Assembly: GCF_964355755.1 (NCBI RefSeq)
Contig: NC_092680.1
Location: forward strand, 3,162,001 to 3,226,000
From: Antedon mediterranea
Taxonomy: Eukaryota; Animalia; Echinodermata
DNA length: 64,000 bases
Reading direction: 5' to 3'
The notes under the pieces are model-generated. The model did no database searches, was not told where the DNA came from, and was given only the letters and a program-made list of their open reading frames with translations. Below, one piece after another: positions 1-14,490 of the stretch. The first letter of the stretch is position 1, and every line of letters starts with the position of its first letter. A program made the translations under genes and the position numbers.

Positions 1-1060
1 TAGTTCAATCAAACACAGAACGAGATATATGAATTTGTAAATATTGACATATCGTGATTTCAAGGGACGAGTATACAAGGGGCATTGAGTTACATCCTGT
101 ATCCTTTGTCTGCTAAAGATTGCTCATTCCATGTTCAAACTTCTGTCGAAAGACACTCAAGGTCCAATCAAATATTGTCAACAAGACATTCGGAAAAGTT
201 TCTGACCACAAAGGATGACCCTGTACCCATATTGGCTCGACGGTTTACATTTGTCGTCCAAATAGACTTGCTTCGCGTACAATGTTAATTGATAAACCGG
301 TCTATATTAAATTTAAAGATATTTTTCTTTTATATCAATTCAGTTAAAAAATCCAATTTAAATCACTTTAGTTTACTTCCCGACGAAATGTCATTCAAAC
401 GTCACCGATATTGACAAGTGTGATTGTACATAAACATAAATTAACACCATGGACTTATTGACAATAAATCACTATTGTCTGTATTTACATAAAATATCGG
501 AATCAGTGACCCGTAAGAGAAATTAGTAAACCAATTAAGATAAATGAATACGTCGTCTTAAAAGGCAATTAGCAATAAAACTTGATGGGATTTTGCTAGC
601 ACACCATGGACATATAATTATATTTTTTATTTATTTTTTATTTTAACCATATTTAATGAGGGTGATCCATCCAGCATTTGCTGATCATTTGGGACCCTCA
701 GTATAGGTCCACGACCACACCATTGCGCAAGAAGTATAGCTTTAATTGGAGTAAATATGTAAAAACAACAGCAATAGGCTAAGGCTCAATACATCACGTT
801 TCAAAATTAAATTATTAAACAGAATGAACTTTAAACTTCACCTGGTACAGCAGTACCACTAGACAAAGAAATATATTCTAGAAAATTCCTCCCTACAAAC
901 ATGTTGCTGGTATTTTGTAAGTAATTAAGTTATTCCTTTACGGTTGTTCTGCTCTCGGGGATATTATAATATTTTCTAAAATTCGAGTTCAATGGTAATC
1001 TTGTTAGGCTTACTACCTGCATTTTTAAAACCCTTTTCTCGTTTCATTCATAAAAGGCAA

Positions 1061-1990
1061 CACGTGGTCGCTTTTGATACAACAGGCTTTTATTTAACAA
1101 GCCACGAAACGGTATCTGATTGGTTCTTTCCATACGAAACTCAGCACGTGTTTTAATGGTCGGGTTTTCCTGTACTTTTAGTTGCAACGCAATGAGTTTT
1201 TAGAGAAAAAAATGAAGGAAAATTAGTAGGCAATTAGAGTGAACATTATTCTAGATTGTATTAACAGTTATTTCTTGCACGTAAAATTAATTCAATTGTT
1301 TTCAACTATGGAGTGATAGGTCTAAGCAATCAAAAAGTCAACTGTAAGTTATTCGTAGCCAATCTGCGTTATTGAATAATGAGTAAAAAATACGAGCTAC
1401 AGACGTTTGACACGTGTGGCATCTCATACATAATGGTGCAGCATTCGGGAATTGAAAAGCAAACATCAATAATGATGATGACGCATACAACAACCGGTGT
1501 CTAGTCTTACGATGAGAAGTCAACCAGTTGTCAAAAATCTAATCAGGGTAAATTAATTTCGGATCTGATAGTGTTGTACGTCGAGAGACAGAAGGGTTGG
1601 ATCACACACAGATTCCCGCGCAAACAAAGAACACGATTTAGATTATAAACCGTCAGAATGTAATAAAAACAATGCTTGTACAAAGTATAAAAATATTAAT
1701 AATAATTATGCAAATAAAATAAAATTACGATTCAGTTATTATGTATATTTCAGTTATGATTAAGAATATTCTAGATGTTTCACTGCAAAAGAGGAGGAAA
1801 TAAAATGTCGAAGTAGACATAAAATATAAATGTAAACACAAAAAAGAAATCGCAACTAACACGTGGTTTAATTAAGAACACCATCAACGGAATTAACGGT
1901 TTCAGTTTCAGATTGAATGATGTAATTTTCAATCTGGAAAAAGCAATTAGCATTAAAGCCAAATTAATGATATGACCAAACTAACACGTG
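1061..1990. promoter_or_regulatory. Candidate enhancer: cluster of five CACGTG E-boxes
   Basis: CACGTG at 1061, 1145, 1411, 1860 and 1985. The last two share the context actaacacgtg. CCAAT boxes nearby. Confidence 0.45.
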
Positions 1991-4900
1991 ATCACAACCA
2001 CGCGTTGTACGTCAATACGCAGCAATAATCAATTCATAATTTCATTTTATGCTAAATTTGGTAGTTGGTAAAAACCAGTTGATCGCTTTTTACAGTTGAG
2101 TATAATCGATATGAGATAATCAACTTAATCTGCGCATTGATTGTGAACTGACGAAACATCATGAGCTCGATTAGACAGTCGGGTCATTATTGTTCACGCG
2201 TCTTTGTTCATCAGGAGAACTTCCCAGTTGGTCGAAAATGACATTTAGCTTCTGTTTTGAAGTGTTGTAGTTCACTGTTGTGTTTTCGGTTGTCATTCAA
2301 ACAAAGAACTTTACCTTCCGAATGACGTTAAGATTCACCTATGAACAGCCGAATTACCAACAGGTGGAGCGGTGAACAAAAGATAGGCTGCTGCAGCGAA
2401 ACAATTTACTTTCCAATTCAAATAATTCTATTATCGAAAGAAGAACACGAGACACGCGGCGGACAAAGCAGATCGATAAGGTGCTCTATAGATTTCTAGC
2501 AATAAAAAAAATGTACTCAATTGTATGACAAAAGGCACAGCCGGGCGGATGTGTTATGCTTTGTTTATTGTGCAAGATTTGTGAGAGTATACGATACATT
2601 TAGGCCTAAAAAATACTAATTGTTTGCCGGAAGGTAGAGACCAGGATTTGGGAATACGCTCTACGGAGTGCCATACCCGATAACAAACCGTCGTGTGAAT
2701 ACACCTCAAGGGAACGTTACCAAATTAAAGACAACTTCCTTCAACATGTTACCACTTTACATCATTAATACATTTTTATTCTCTTTTTAAGAGACCCATC
2801 AGTAACTTTGCATAGACTAGAGTCTATTGTAGTTTACTCCATGGTTGAATAATGATTTTTTTTATTCTATTCGCGATTCATCAATTTTATTTTTAAATCT
2901 CACCACAATAATCGAACGACTAGTATCGAACTTTAGAGCACTAATATTATGTAAATTGTAAGTACTGTAGTACTTGCAAGAGTAATTAGTTAGTGCTACA
3001 CGCGCCAACGATTTTTCGATTTCTAAAACAAATTATCGTCTGGTTTTCGGATTCGAACGATGCTCGTATTAGCCAATCAAATGGTGTATTTTACGCGTCT
3101 TTCATTACAAAGGCGATACAAATGAGTGAATAATTTTAGCGTTTTGACAGGTTACACAGTAAAATTTTAAATACTTGGAATTTTACCGGGCTAATTTTAC
3201 AATAACTGCCAAATTAAATAATAACAGAAAAAATCTCTGTTTGGAAACCAACCAGCCCAGATAATCCATTTGATTCTTATTATTTTATAAGGAACAATAG
3301 TGGATAAATAATAACGTACGTCGAAACCTATAGTATTATGTTAATCATTGCTGGCCTTAAACATCGTGTGTGATAGCTTTCAATTAACTCAAAATACCCG
3401 TTGTGTGTTTATTGTTTATTGCAGATAGAAATATTGAAACAAATTTTGCCTTTGTTTGGCGATGCAGTTGACTTGCATACCCGCACCCTTTACGAATCAG
3501 CTATTTGTATAACGAGCATGCAGCATATTGCTAGTGACGAGTGAATGGTATAAACCATATGGCAGCGGAGTCAGCTTTGTCGTTAATCTATCCACGATTG
3601 CCTAGTCTAGCATTAATTATTATTATCTCACTTTATTCTGATACGCCGAATGTATTCGGTAATGTGTTCACACTATACGGCAGCGCATAGACACGTCGCC
3701 GCGTACGCATAGACACGTCGCCGCGTACGCATGGTGTTACGAACGTTATAAACATACGTCAGACAGCAAACACTGCTTAGCATAGCATGATTAAGATAAA
3801 TATTCAAATTGGCTAGAGTATAATCGACTTATATATATAAATCATTTACATTGTTTAGCCGGTGTAAACAAGATTCTACCGAAAGAAGCGGGCAATTTGC
3901 TATTCAAACAGTAATTTAAGATCAAGTAATAAGCCTATTTAAGGTGTTTACGTCTAGACCAACCAACAGTGAAAACGTATATCAACGGAAAGCTACAGAG
4001 AATAATACAATTCGTTATCCTTTTCAAAAACTCATCTCATTAGCAATACATGGTTTGTGCGTAAATCCCAGGACAATTAATGCTTTGAATGTGGGTAATA
4101 ATAGACAAAACTAGGCCCATGCTCAGGAGGATCAACCGCCTCGAGGTTTACTAACATTTTTGTTCACGGTGGCAAGGACATATTTAGCATGTTTGTAGTG
4201 ATCAAATGTTTGCCCGCCTTGCCACCTATAGCGTAAACTAACGATGGTTCTTAATTTATCAAGGTAAAGTAACGTACTTGTCACAATCTCAAACGATCAA
4301 CGGGAATATTAATCACCCATAAATCAAATTGCAATTGTATGTACTAAAATATGATCCTATAGTGTGAAGTTACACAAGTCATGAATGTCAAACAATATAC
4401 ATTACAAAGCATAATGTATTATATACAAAATAAAGAGTAAATTTAATATTTAAGCAGCATAGATTTAAGAAGGTAGCCCAAACTATTTGACAAAGCACAA
4501 CAAACAACTAATATATATATATATAATATATCAAAACGCTATGATCATTGTAAGAGTTATGTTCAAACGAATTCAATTGTTCAGTATTGTATATATTATA
4601 ATATAGGATTTGACAAGAACACGGGCAACAATACTATACAAACGTTACAACAATGGCCACACAATTGTACGGTGCAACCTGCCAACTTAGTATGCAAGGA
4701 ATCTAGACTTAAAAACAAAGCGCGTGATGTAAGAAAATACCACCATGACGTATACAATCTTAACATATTGTACCATCTCACATCAACACACGAGGTGGCC
4801 ACACATGTAAACGGTTAACAACAAAGACATATCAGTGAAGCAGGTATTATAAACAGCCAAGAAGAACGTGTAAAAAGACTCTTACCTTTTCTTATCCTCA

Positions 4901-6903
4901 TATCGAATTGTATTTCCAAATTAAAACTTTGATTGATCGTTGAATATATGTATTAATTAAACTATCAAAATGTCCAGTGTCAAAAATGATAAGTCTGCTC
5001 TTTCGACGTCTGTCAGTGAATGAAGTGTAGATCGTTCACTAGCCACTATTATGACAGGAGCACATGGTATTCAGGAACATCCGGGCGTCGTAACGTATCA
5101 ATTACTGAATCGATCAGCCAATCAAATCGTAGAATTGCTGAACCAATGATCATTTACTATTTTAGCACTTGACTGTTTTATGATTCATCGATAGAAAGTA
5201 CCCGCTCATAACTGCTATGAACTGTTTTACTACGAAACAACGCCAGCTAGTGAGTAATACTTGCCAAGGTAATATTGTGACAATAAATAGTGAAATTAGC
5301 CGATGGATGATTATTGTTGCCTGATATATCGCATGGTAGTCATCAGATTAGAAAGTTATTGTTGTTTAACTCTATTTTATCCGACAAAGTTATTAAGTTA
5401 ATAATAATGCCTTTTTATTTTTTTATTTGAACCATATTTAATGAGGGTGATCCATCCAGCAATTGCTGATCATTAAATGCTACTTGGTGTGGTACATTAA
5501 AGCATATAGACGAATCCTCTATTCATCATTCATTCATTTTCTTTATTTCGGATAGTACATCCATAAATTATACAAAAAAAGAGAATGCCAATTTTCACCA
5601 ACGCTGATGTAGGTTAGATTGTGGAAGTACGTTAACTATGGTTTGAATCAGTCTATTACAAGTCATTAATTCTGTTCACATTCAATTAATGAAAACTTTA
5701 ACAATTAAACAATATAAACAAATAAAGTATAATGTAATTAATTTGGATCAAACTTAAAGGCCAAGAAAGACCCAACAAAATATAAAAACTAAATAACAAA
5801 ATAAGATTTTATATAAAAAGATAAAGGTTCTTAAAACTATGTATAGGCTAATGTTCCTCTATAAAAAAAGCATAATATGTTGTTATTATAAGTAAATGTG
5901 CGACCCCTACAAATCGTTCAAATCACCAATATAACAAATATAGTGTGTGATTAATTTGTAACAAATAATGTTAAAATATGCTACCGGTACTGCTGTATGC
6001 TGTACACTTATACAGTAGGCCACAATAATCAGGCCTAGTTACCAGGAGGTAATGCCTGGAATGTACAAACAAAAACAATAAATATTGATTATTGATAACC
6101 ATAATTTAATCATCGACCTCACATGACAGAAATGAAAGAATCGATATGTCTACTTAGTATAACCATGGAGAAATAAAAAGTTATTTCTCCATGGTATAAC
6201 TATTAGTACCAGAGCTCTATAACCCGGTATACTATAACACACTTTAGTGGACCCTCTGGTTTCCAGAAATTAGAGAGTGTATTGCTTTCGGAAACCACTA
6301 TATTATTCCTTCGTCAAAAGAAATAATAGTAAGTAATATGGAGAGAAATGAATAGGCCAGTACAATCATTTTTCAAACCGTTTTACACCGAAAAGTGAAA
6401 TAAAATGTATAGTAAAACATTGTTACTCATATTTCTGGTGGTGGAACAAGTCTTCTCGGATATAAACCGTAGGCCCAGTGTACAGTTTAAAGAACCCAGT
6501 TCATCATTCGAGACGAAAAAGGGGTTACCCCGGTGAACTGGTTCACAAAATAGCCCCTGTATCAATAAATAAAAAATAAATAAATAGCTGTGGTTTAGAA
6601 AATAGCCGTGACGAATCGATCATCAACATTTGCGAGGACCATCCATCCATCAGATCATCATCAAGAATAAATACAATGTTGGTTTTTGTTTTGTTCTCAT
6701 TGTTGTCTATATTGATAACATTTTTAAATCGTCAAAATACATGTGCATTTACTCGGAAAACATAACTTGTATCTGGGAGACTATCATGCACCAACATTGG
6801 AGCAATGAATGTTAATGTAAGGCTACATTTTTTTTAATGTTTGCTATAACAACAATAGATTAGATAAAAGATATATTTTAATATATTGTTTGATGGTTTG
6901 CAT

Positions 6904-7042
6904 GGCGAAATCAAATGTTGATATAAAGTTTGCGGTACACCACGTATATAGTTCTGAAAAGAGCTGTTGAGTTTCTCGACGTTTTGATCAATATGCCTTG
7001 ATCGTCTTCAGGAGTGAGAATGCACCTCCTGAGGACGATCAA
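6904..7042 (-). mobile_element. Penelope-like pLTR remnant with a degenerate hammerhead; homologous copy at 36583-36695
   Basis: Minus strand reads ctc-CTGAAGA-c-GATCAA-ggcata-TTGATC-AAAAC-GTC-gag, with a short inverted copy at 7026-7042. Confidence 0.55.
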
Positions 7043-7329
7043 ATCATAAGATATATTTTGTACTTTTAAACCATGACAACAAACATGTGGCATTTTTTCC
7101 AATGATAGATTATTAAATATATATTATTAACCAGCAATCATGATTAGTCACATAACAATAGGACAGTTTTTACTTTGGAAATGTTGTTCAATGATAATCT
7201 ACCCTCACTTTTGTAAATTGGGTCGAGCGTTGATAGATAAAGTCATTCAAATTCAACCAAGATCTTTTGTTCAAATCCTGACGGATTGTAGGGGCCAACG
7301 CCTGTTCAGCCAGTTTAATAATAATCTTA

Positions 7330-7670
7330 AGCGCTATCTACACTATCAAACTTTATGTGACAAACAAATGTGATGTACCCATATATGGACATGATGATGT
7401 CATATCACTACCATATTTGGGCATACTATCACTACCATATTTGGGCACATCATACTTTTTTGTCAAACTAGTTTGATAGTATAAACAGAGAGCTTTAAGC
7501 GCTATATACACTATCAAATTTTTGTGACAAATAAATATGATGTACCCTTATATGGACATGATGATATATATATGATGATGATGTCATATCACTACCATAT
7601 TTGGGCATATAACTACCATATTTTGGCATATCACACTTTTTTTTGTCAAACTGATAGTTTAGACGAGCTT
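7330..7670. mobile_element. Tandem pair of the same Harbinger-like MITE
   Basis: Two consecutive copies of tacactatcaaa...atatggacatgatga...tcactaccatatttgggca...gtcaaact. Confidence 0.78.
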
Positions 7671-10645
7671 TATAAGTCCAAACATTATTCTTCAGTAAAA
7701 CAATTTAAATGGTGAAATTGTAATATGTGTATTAAACGTCAATAGTGAATAAATAGGCTTTTAATGTGGATATTATTTATATCAGTCCAAAGGCAAATTA
7801 CTGAAAAAAAGCTAAAACGATAATATAACAGGATATTTTTGAAATGCCTGTATAGAGCAATTAAGAAATGCGCATTTATTCAGATGTTGCGTTTTCTTGC
7901 GAATACAACTTTCAAACAACAAGGGGTGTATAATGCTGCTTTGTTAACAGTAATTTCGAATGACAATAATGATTACGTAATATGCAATCTTATGTACGCG
8001 CCTCGAGTTAAGATAATACGCGTCACCTACCAGTAATCTGTAATAAATAAACAATTTTTCTAAAGTTAAATTTTATCAGTGATCTCAAATAAAAATTTAA
8101 CACTTCCGCTATTTCCGCATTAATTAAGTATGCCCGGTTATGCATAAACATTTAGCAATACATAGATAGCATAGTCCTGTGTTGGATTGCTAATCTTTTC
8201 TACCAGAATACGAAACGTGACACAGGAAAAGGCTACCATAAGCTACCAATTGCCTGTCAAGCTATCCAGGCTGTACATTTTATGTTTATTGTTAAATCAA
8301 TTAGATTTGTAATTACTAAATTATAATAAGTTATCTTTTAAGTATTGCTTTGTCTTGTCTTCTGTTATAGACAAATATAACTTTGTACTAAAGTCGCTAA
8401 AAATTAAAAAAATATTGCAATTTGAGATAGAAAATCAACAAAAGAAAGAAGATATTTTTTTAGGCTGATCGAAGTCGCTAAAAAAATAGTGTTTTGAAAC
8501 TGAAATTTACAACAAAAAAAAAGCTTTCACCTATTATTTATTGTATTGTTATTATATTTTTGTTTTTTACTATTTAGGCCTATTATGTTTAGGCCTATAA
8601 TTAATCATCAACAAATTATTATTTAACTTGTTTTTCGTTTGTTTTTATCACAACATTTATTGATAATGATTTTTTTTTTTAAATATAGTAACTTGAAGTA
8701 TAAACCTATATGGATCGATGACATAGGTTGCAGCGCTGAGAACACAACGTCCAAAGCTTGGTCTTTGAAAAGTTGATAACAATGGACGGATTGTAAGGTA
8801 CAGTAACAATTTTTTGCTACGTTTGTTTTATGTCAATTGCTATTAAGAAATGTCTTGTGTGAGAGGTTCTTTTAATCCAGGCGATGCTTACGTACAATGG
8901 CGAGTCCTGGTTCGTTTAACATCACCATTAATTGTTTGTCTGAGATGAAATGTCATTGTTCACTGTTCTGTCAGTGTCAAAGTAGTAAAATTCACTTAAA
9001 GTAGCTTTTTCGAAATTAATTTACACATAATATTTTTATTATAATTTACGGGAATTAGAACAATTTTAAACCTATGTATAAGGCATATACTGAAAACTAA
9101 ACATAAGAAAAAACGAAGAAAAGAAAAAAGAACAAGAAAACAATACAAAACATGAAACAAAAACAAAAGCAAAAACAGAAGAAAAACACACCCAAAATAT
9201 TAACATAAAAAGGTACAAGAACATTCCAAAATTATCTTTCTCCTACGAATTTTAGATAATTGTTCATTAATGAGAAAACTTAAAAATATTTAAATATTCT
9301 GTAATGGTATGCTTTGCAGTAGAAGGAGATCAATACTATAAAAAAAATTGTTCTATTTAAGAAGACAGTTCGCAAGTTGGTTTTGGGTGAGATCTGATCG
9401 ATTGGTTTATACGGATTCCTCTTGATTCGAAATAAAAAGTGACGGCAGTTATTAAATGAACGAATTTCTTCTTTATAGTCTGCCTAAACCTTCCTCTACC
9501 CACTAACCCATGTAGGCCAATCCCTAATCAATATTTCTATGTTAACGGTGGTCGTCGACTGAGTTTTTCCACAAGACCTCTTTAAGACGTGAAACTTTGT
9601 CAACATTCATCGCACGTTTTACGCTCCGATTGCTAAACAAAAAATGGTCTAACAAGTGACATTGTGTTAAGACTTTCCTCATTAGAAGTAATTCTTAACT
9701 CCTTTTATTTATACGTTTTACTTTATCCGAAAATATTTAATACGCCTGCGGGAACATACCCATGGGGTTTGGTATTCTTTGGCTTATATAACATGTATTG
9801 GAAATTGTTAGATTGATATGAATAGCCACTTAACAATGTTATGAGTCCACTGATGTAACTGTTTTGTTGCGCGTTTTGGAAGCGTGATAAATCTGGTAAA
9901 GACGCGTAACTCTCCTCCTAGGGGGGACTCCTGATCAAGGTGAGACGATTAAGATGGCTGTGGTTCATTGTACCATAGGCCTACTTGATCGAGTGTCGGT
10001 TTGAAATCGCTGTGTCAACACGTAGGCCTAAAGTATCTTCTCAGCAAAATCATTGACTGTTAAAAGTATTCAATACGCATAATATAGGCCTGCCGTAACG
10101 CAGTTAATCGCAGTGAACAGTAAATTATATAATTTCATTTTAGGCAATGTTTGGCCCCGAACGGTGCCACGGCTTTTTACGCGCGTATTTTTATAAGAAG
10201 CTTCCTAAAACTATATATAATAAGCATGTGTTGTTCTGTAATACAGTAGGCCTATATGTATATACCTCCATGGACGTATAGTTCTTTCGTATGGTTTACC
10301 GTAATACGTATTTTATAATCTTTATAAACCTTAGGCTACAAACATCATCAAACATATCGTATTTTTATCCAAATATCGTCATTCTATAATGTCAAAACGT
10401 AACCCACATTGAACACGTATATCGTTTACAGTTATCATTAATGTATTCTTTCTATGTGTGACAAATTTATTATTAAAGGTTAAGTGCATCATCAAGTGTT
10501 AGTGTTTATGCAGGATTAGATATGTTCTATCGCCAACAATGTATTCTTGAGTCATCAACAAGAAACTACCGTAATAGTTCAAGTACATTATCCGTGTTTC
10601 TATGCTGGTTGTATGATTGATAAAATAATTTGACAGTCCTAAAAA

Positions 10646-10846
10646 TGACGTCATATTGCAAACCTGACGCAAAACCAACACGCGTACCATATAAGACACT
10701 CCATAATTATATAGACCTATCACCCTACTCTCTCTATAGTAGCAGAAAATATGGGGAAAATTGAAAAAATAAAACGTAATTAATATGGGATTCAAAATGT
10801 TAAGAAGAAAGAAGAAGAAAATATGACGCGAAATTGACGTCACGTG
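10646..10846. promoter_or_regulatory. Candidate CRE/ATF enhancer
   Basis: TGACGTCA at 10646 and 10835 (overlapping CACGTG at 10841), TGACGCAA at 10665. Confidence 0.4.
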
Positions 10847-11526
10847 AACCGTACGTATTAACCTGAGAAAAACGCTGTCAAACCATACGCTGTCAGAAAG
10901 GTTAATCGCCGTAGTAAATATTGATTCTGATTTTGTAATATTCTAAAAGCTGTATACATGGCAGGCCTACAAGTACGATACTGAGAACATAATAGGCTCG
11001 ATGCATGTTGAGCACCCGACCATGTGTGTGTTTAGAATAAACAACGATAATAATATTTGGTAAACAATTTTATAGGATGAATTTGATTTCTAACAGATTA
11101 CACGTATTTGTTTGTTAATGACTACAATGTCGGATGACCTGTTCGAATTCGAACTCAAAATGCCCTTGAAAGACTCTGACCAACAGCAAGTGATGGAAAA
11201 TATAGTAGGGCCTATATTATATAAGATTTTCCTATGTATGAGTATACACTAACCCCCATGTAGAAATACTTCTGGCTATCGAAGACATTTTGGATGATTT
11301 GTTGAAACACATTTTGGATGATTTGTTTCTGAACTTAATTTCTGTTAACATTCGAGCCTTAATTTGTTCCTCCTAGCAAAATAATAACGGTTATATAACG
11401 ATTATAACTTTTTTAAGTTCAATTTCTGTGTATTTTCTGTGATCGTCTTCCGTTCCGTGAATCGGAACATGTGTGAATGCAGTTTTTCTCTGGTAATGCA
11501 TGGAAAGCACATTAGGTCTTTTTTTA

Positions 11527-11745
11527 CCATATTTAATGATGGTCATCCATCCAGCAATTGCTGATCATTAGGGACCCTCAGAGGTTCACAAAACAAACAT
11601 ATAGACAAGATGCTCTACAAAACAAAGTCTTATTACAAGTCTTTGGGAGTGGAGTTGTAATTTTGTCCTTAGAAAAAATCCTGACATGTGACGGGACTTA
11701 AACCAGGACCCTTGGAGTGGATAGCCAAGCATCATAACTAACCAT
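11527..11745 (-). mobile_element. tRNA-derived SINE family 2 copy
   Basis: Aligns over about 210 bp with 47295-47510. Confidence 0.8.
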
Positions 11746-12659
11746 TATGGTTTCAGTAGTACCGAACGCTGTCAACCTACTCAATGATTTCATTTTTTCC
11801 ATATATTTGTAATATGAGAGCATTTGGTTGTGTTATAGGCCTACAATATACATTACCTGCATTTTTTACATTGGTAAATATTATACTGCTAAATGTTATA
11901 AACAACGCTATGGATTGTTGATACAACTTGATAAGCAATTGATAATATAGTTTGATGGTTAGTAATTAATTAATTTACAAATATCCGTTCCCAACTTTGC
12001 CATTGATAAGCACAAGGACAATGACAGCTCACTCACCAGATGTAAACAAAACAAATTTTTTGTAACGTTGTTTTAAAAATACTGAACAAGCTTATAAATG
12101 TATTAAACTTCTAAAATGAACAAATTAAACAATACTAATTAAAAGCTGACAGGGCCAGGTTAAATTCAACCATGTCCAAGTTACGTTTACCAACCACTGC
12201 CTGTCCAACTCACCATGGTACAGTATAATCATGGACCAGTTCCATGGTATAATGGCTCTATGACTTTCTGTCAATTTCTTTGTCTTTTTATATTTTCTCA
12301 TTTTCTTTTTCTTCCTTCTCCATAACTTGTCCATTATTCCTTCTCGTTAAATCCTGATGGCCTTGTATCCATTCCCCATTCCCTGTCAGATGTTTTCCGA
12401 TAATTTTAAAGGTTAGGCATATAACAATTAATTAGAAAATTTGAGAAGTTGTATTAGTGAAACTCACTACTAAGACTAAATAATACATATAGGCCTTGGT
12501 GAAACTGAACGATAAACTTATGTTTGTAAAAGTTATTGGTTCATTTAAAAAAATAGATCTAGCCTATAGTGAAACTTACCGGTAAACATAAGTTTGTTAA
12601 GTTATCGGTTCAATAACGTTCCCTCTTTCTATGAATATTGGAGAAACTCTATAATACAT

Positions 12660-12905
12660 AGTTTTAAGAACAGAATTCATGACAGTTGCAATAGTCTGAT
12701 TCAAACCATTACCGTACTTCCATGCAATCCAACCTACGTTGGTGCAATTTTTTTTATGATTTGTATATGGATGTACTATCCGAAATAAAGAAATGAATGA
12801 ATGAATGAAAGAAAGAACGAACGAACGAACGAACGAACGAACGAACGAACGAACGAATGAAAGAAGGAAGGAACAAACGAACGAATGAAGGAACGAACGA
12901 ACAAA
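12660..12905 (+). mobile_element. Retroposon 3' end with (GAAT/GAAC)n microsatellite tail; homologous minus-strand copy at 5522-5690
   Basis: Shared aacagaatt.atgac...ctgattcaaaccat...cgtacttcca...ggatgtactatccgaaataaaga(a)atgaatg. Confidence 0.7.
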
Positions 12906-14395
12906 TGATGGAAATATAAAAAATAGGTTCATCTGGTGAAACTGACCGATAAAACTTCAGATTGTGGTTGTAACACCTGTTGCCATTCCAAGGTGACAGG
13001 CAGCAACACAAAGACAGTTTACGTTGCGTAGGATCCGCTTCTTCTTTCAAATGCAACTTCCTCGAGTGCTTAGTGGCAGTGTATTAAAGACTTATTTCAT
13101 CCTGTGTAAAGAACTTGTTTATTAAATATTCAAATATGATTGTTAGCATAATAATTCCACAACAATACAATGTCCCTGATAATGCTCGAATTAAGCCAAG
13201 ACGTATCCCAATATAACAATACGTTTTATCCCGATGGATACTTTAGCGGTTTACGATAACTTGTGGATGTTTGTATTTTTTTGAAAACATCTAAACAACT
13301 TACCAACTTACTAACTAAACTCACCACGAATTATTGTCATAATATAAAGGTGAGATGTTTGGCATATGGTAAACTAATTAAAGGTTACCGACACTTTATT
13401 AAAATTATTGTTATTCATCAATCGGTCAATTGGTCAATTATTTTTATTTTTTTTTCAATTTCGAAAGTGTGAAAGTTAGCCCTTCTTTATAGTAAACTCG
13501 TCGAGTAATCTTCATAAGAGATAATCACTTGCAGCTCTCTTTATTGTTGACAGCTTGGCGATTTAACAACAATAAAAATAAAGAAAAACTGATGTAAGCT
13601 AGTTCTTTTTATACTTACAGAATGGATTTAGACAGAAATAGGCCTACGTAAAGGTACGTGTGCTTAAGTTTACTTTAAAACAGACTTAAACAAAAACATT
13701 GATTTAAAGTAATTTTGTTTAACGCTTAAGCAATAATATTACTGTTACTTCTGTATTAAAGTATAATTGCTGTGACAATTATTATATAAATTAATAATAA
13801 AAAAAAAATGTTATGAAGAAAGATGACAACGCATAACATTACGCATGAACCCACCCTGCGCTAAATTGAGAGATGTCGATAATATGCGGGTAACTAACAT
13901 GTGCTTTATCAATCAGGGGTGGCTTACCTACACGGGCTATCTGCCACTTCCTCCAAATAGACAAGCCCTTTCCGTTTTGTCGCGCGCGAAGGATTTCAAT
14001 TTAAAACAACTTCCGATGCAATGTTACCTAAAGCGATATTGCAGGCATGTAATGACATTGCTCAAGTTCATAACGGGATGGGGGCCGGAATGTCAGTCCC
14101 AAAAATCGTGTTAGAAGTAGGCCTAGGCCATACATCACCATTAGAATCGAGCATTAGATTGAACACACTGGAATTGGAATATTTCGTGCAATAAGTATTG
14201 CGCTGCTGCCGTGGAGGTATTTTATCATGGAAAGTCTAAGTGTCTTTAAATTGTAAAAAAAGACAGACATATATTTTTTATTGGACGAGAGTTCACAAAC
14301 ATTGTAAGGAATTCAATTTTATGTTTACGGAATGGTATTATAATATCGATTATTTAGGCAAAGAAGATCTCGGCAGTAGCCTAAACTGTCTACTC

Positions 14396-14490
14396 CAAGG
14401 ATCAGTTTCTTCCAACTCTAAGGATCTCTTATCCTCCAATCCAAAGATCTGTTATCCTCCAACACCGAGGATCTGTTATCCTCCAACTCT
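14396..14490. repeat. Degenerate 23-24-bp minisatellite (ggatctgttatcctccaac) x4
   Basis: Directly visible. Confidence 0.75.

Noticed and set aside
12597-13056. ORFs with SFVR/FVRS repeats
   Set aside because: Translation of a (GAAC)n/(GAAT)n microsatellite tail.
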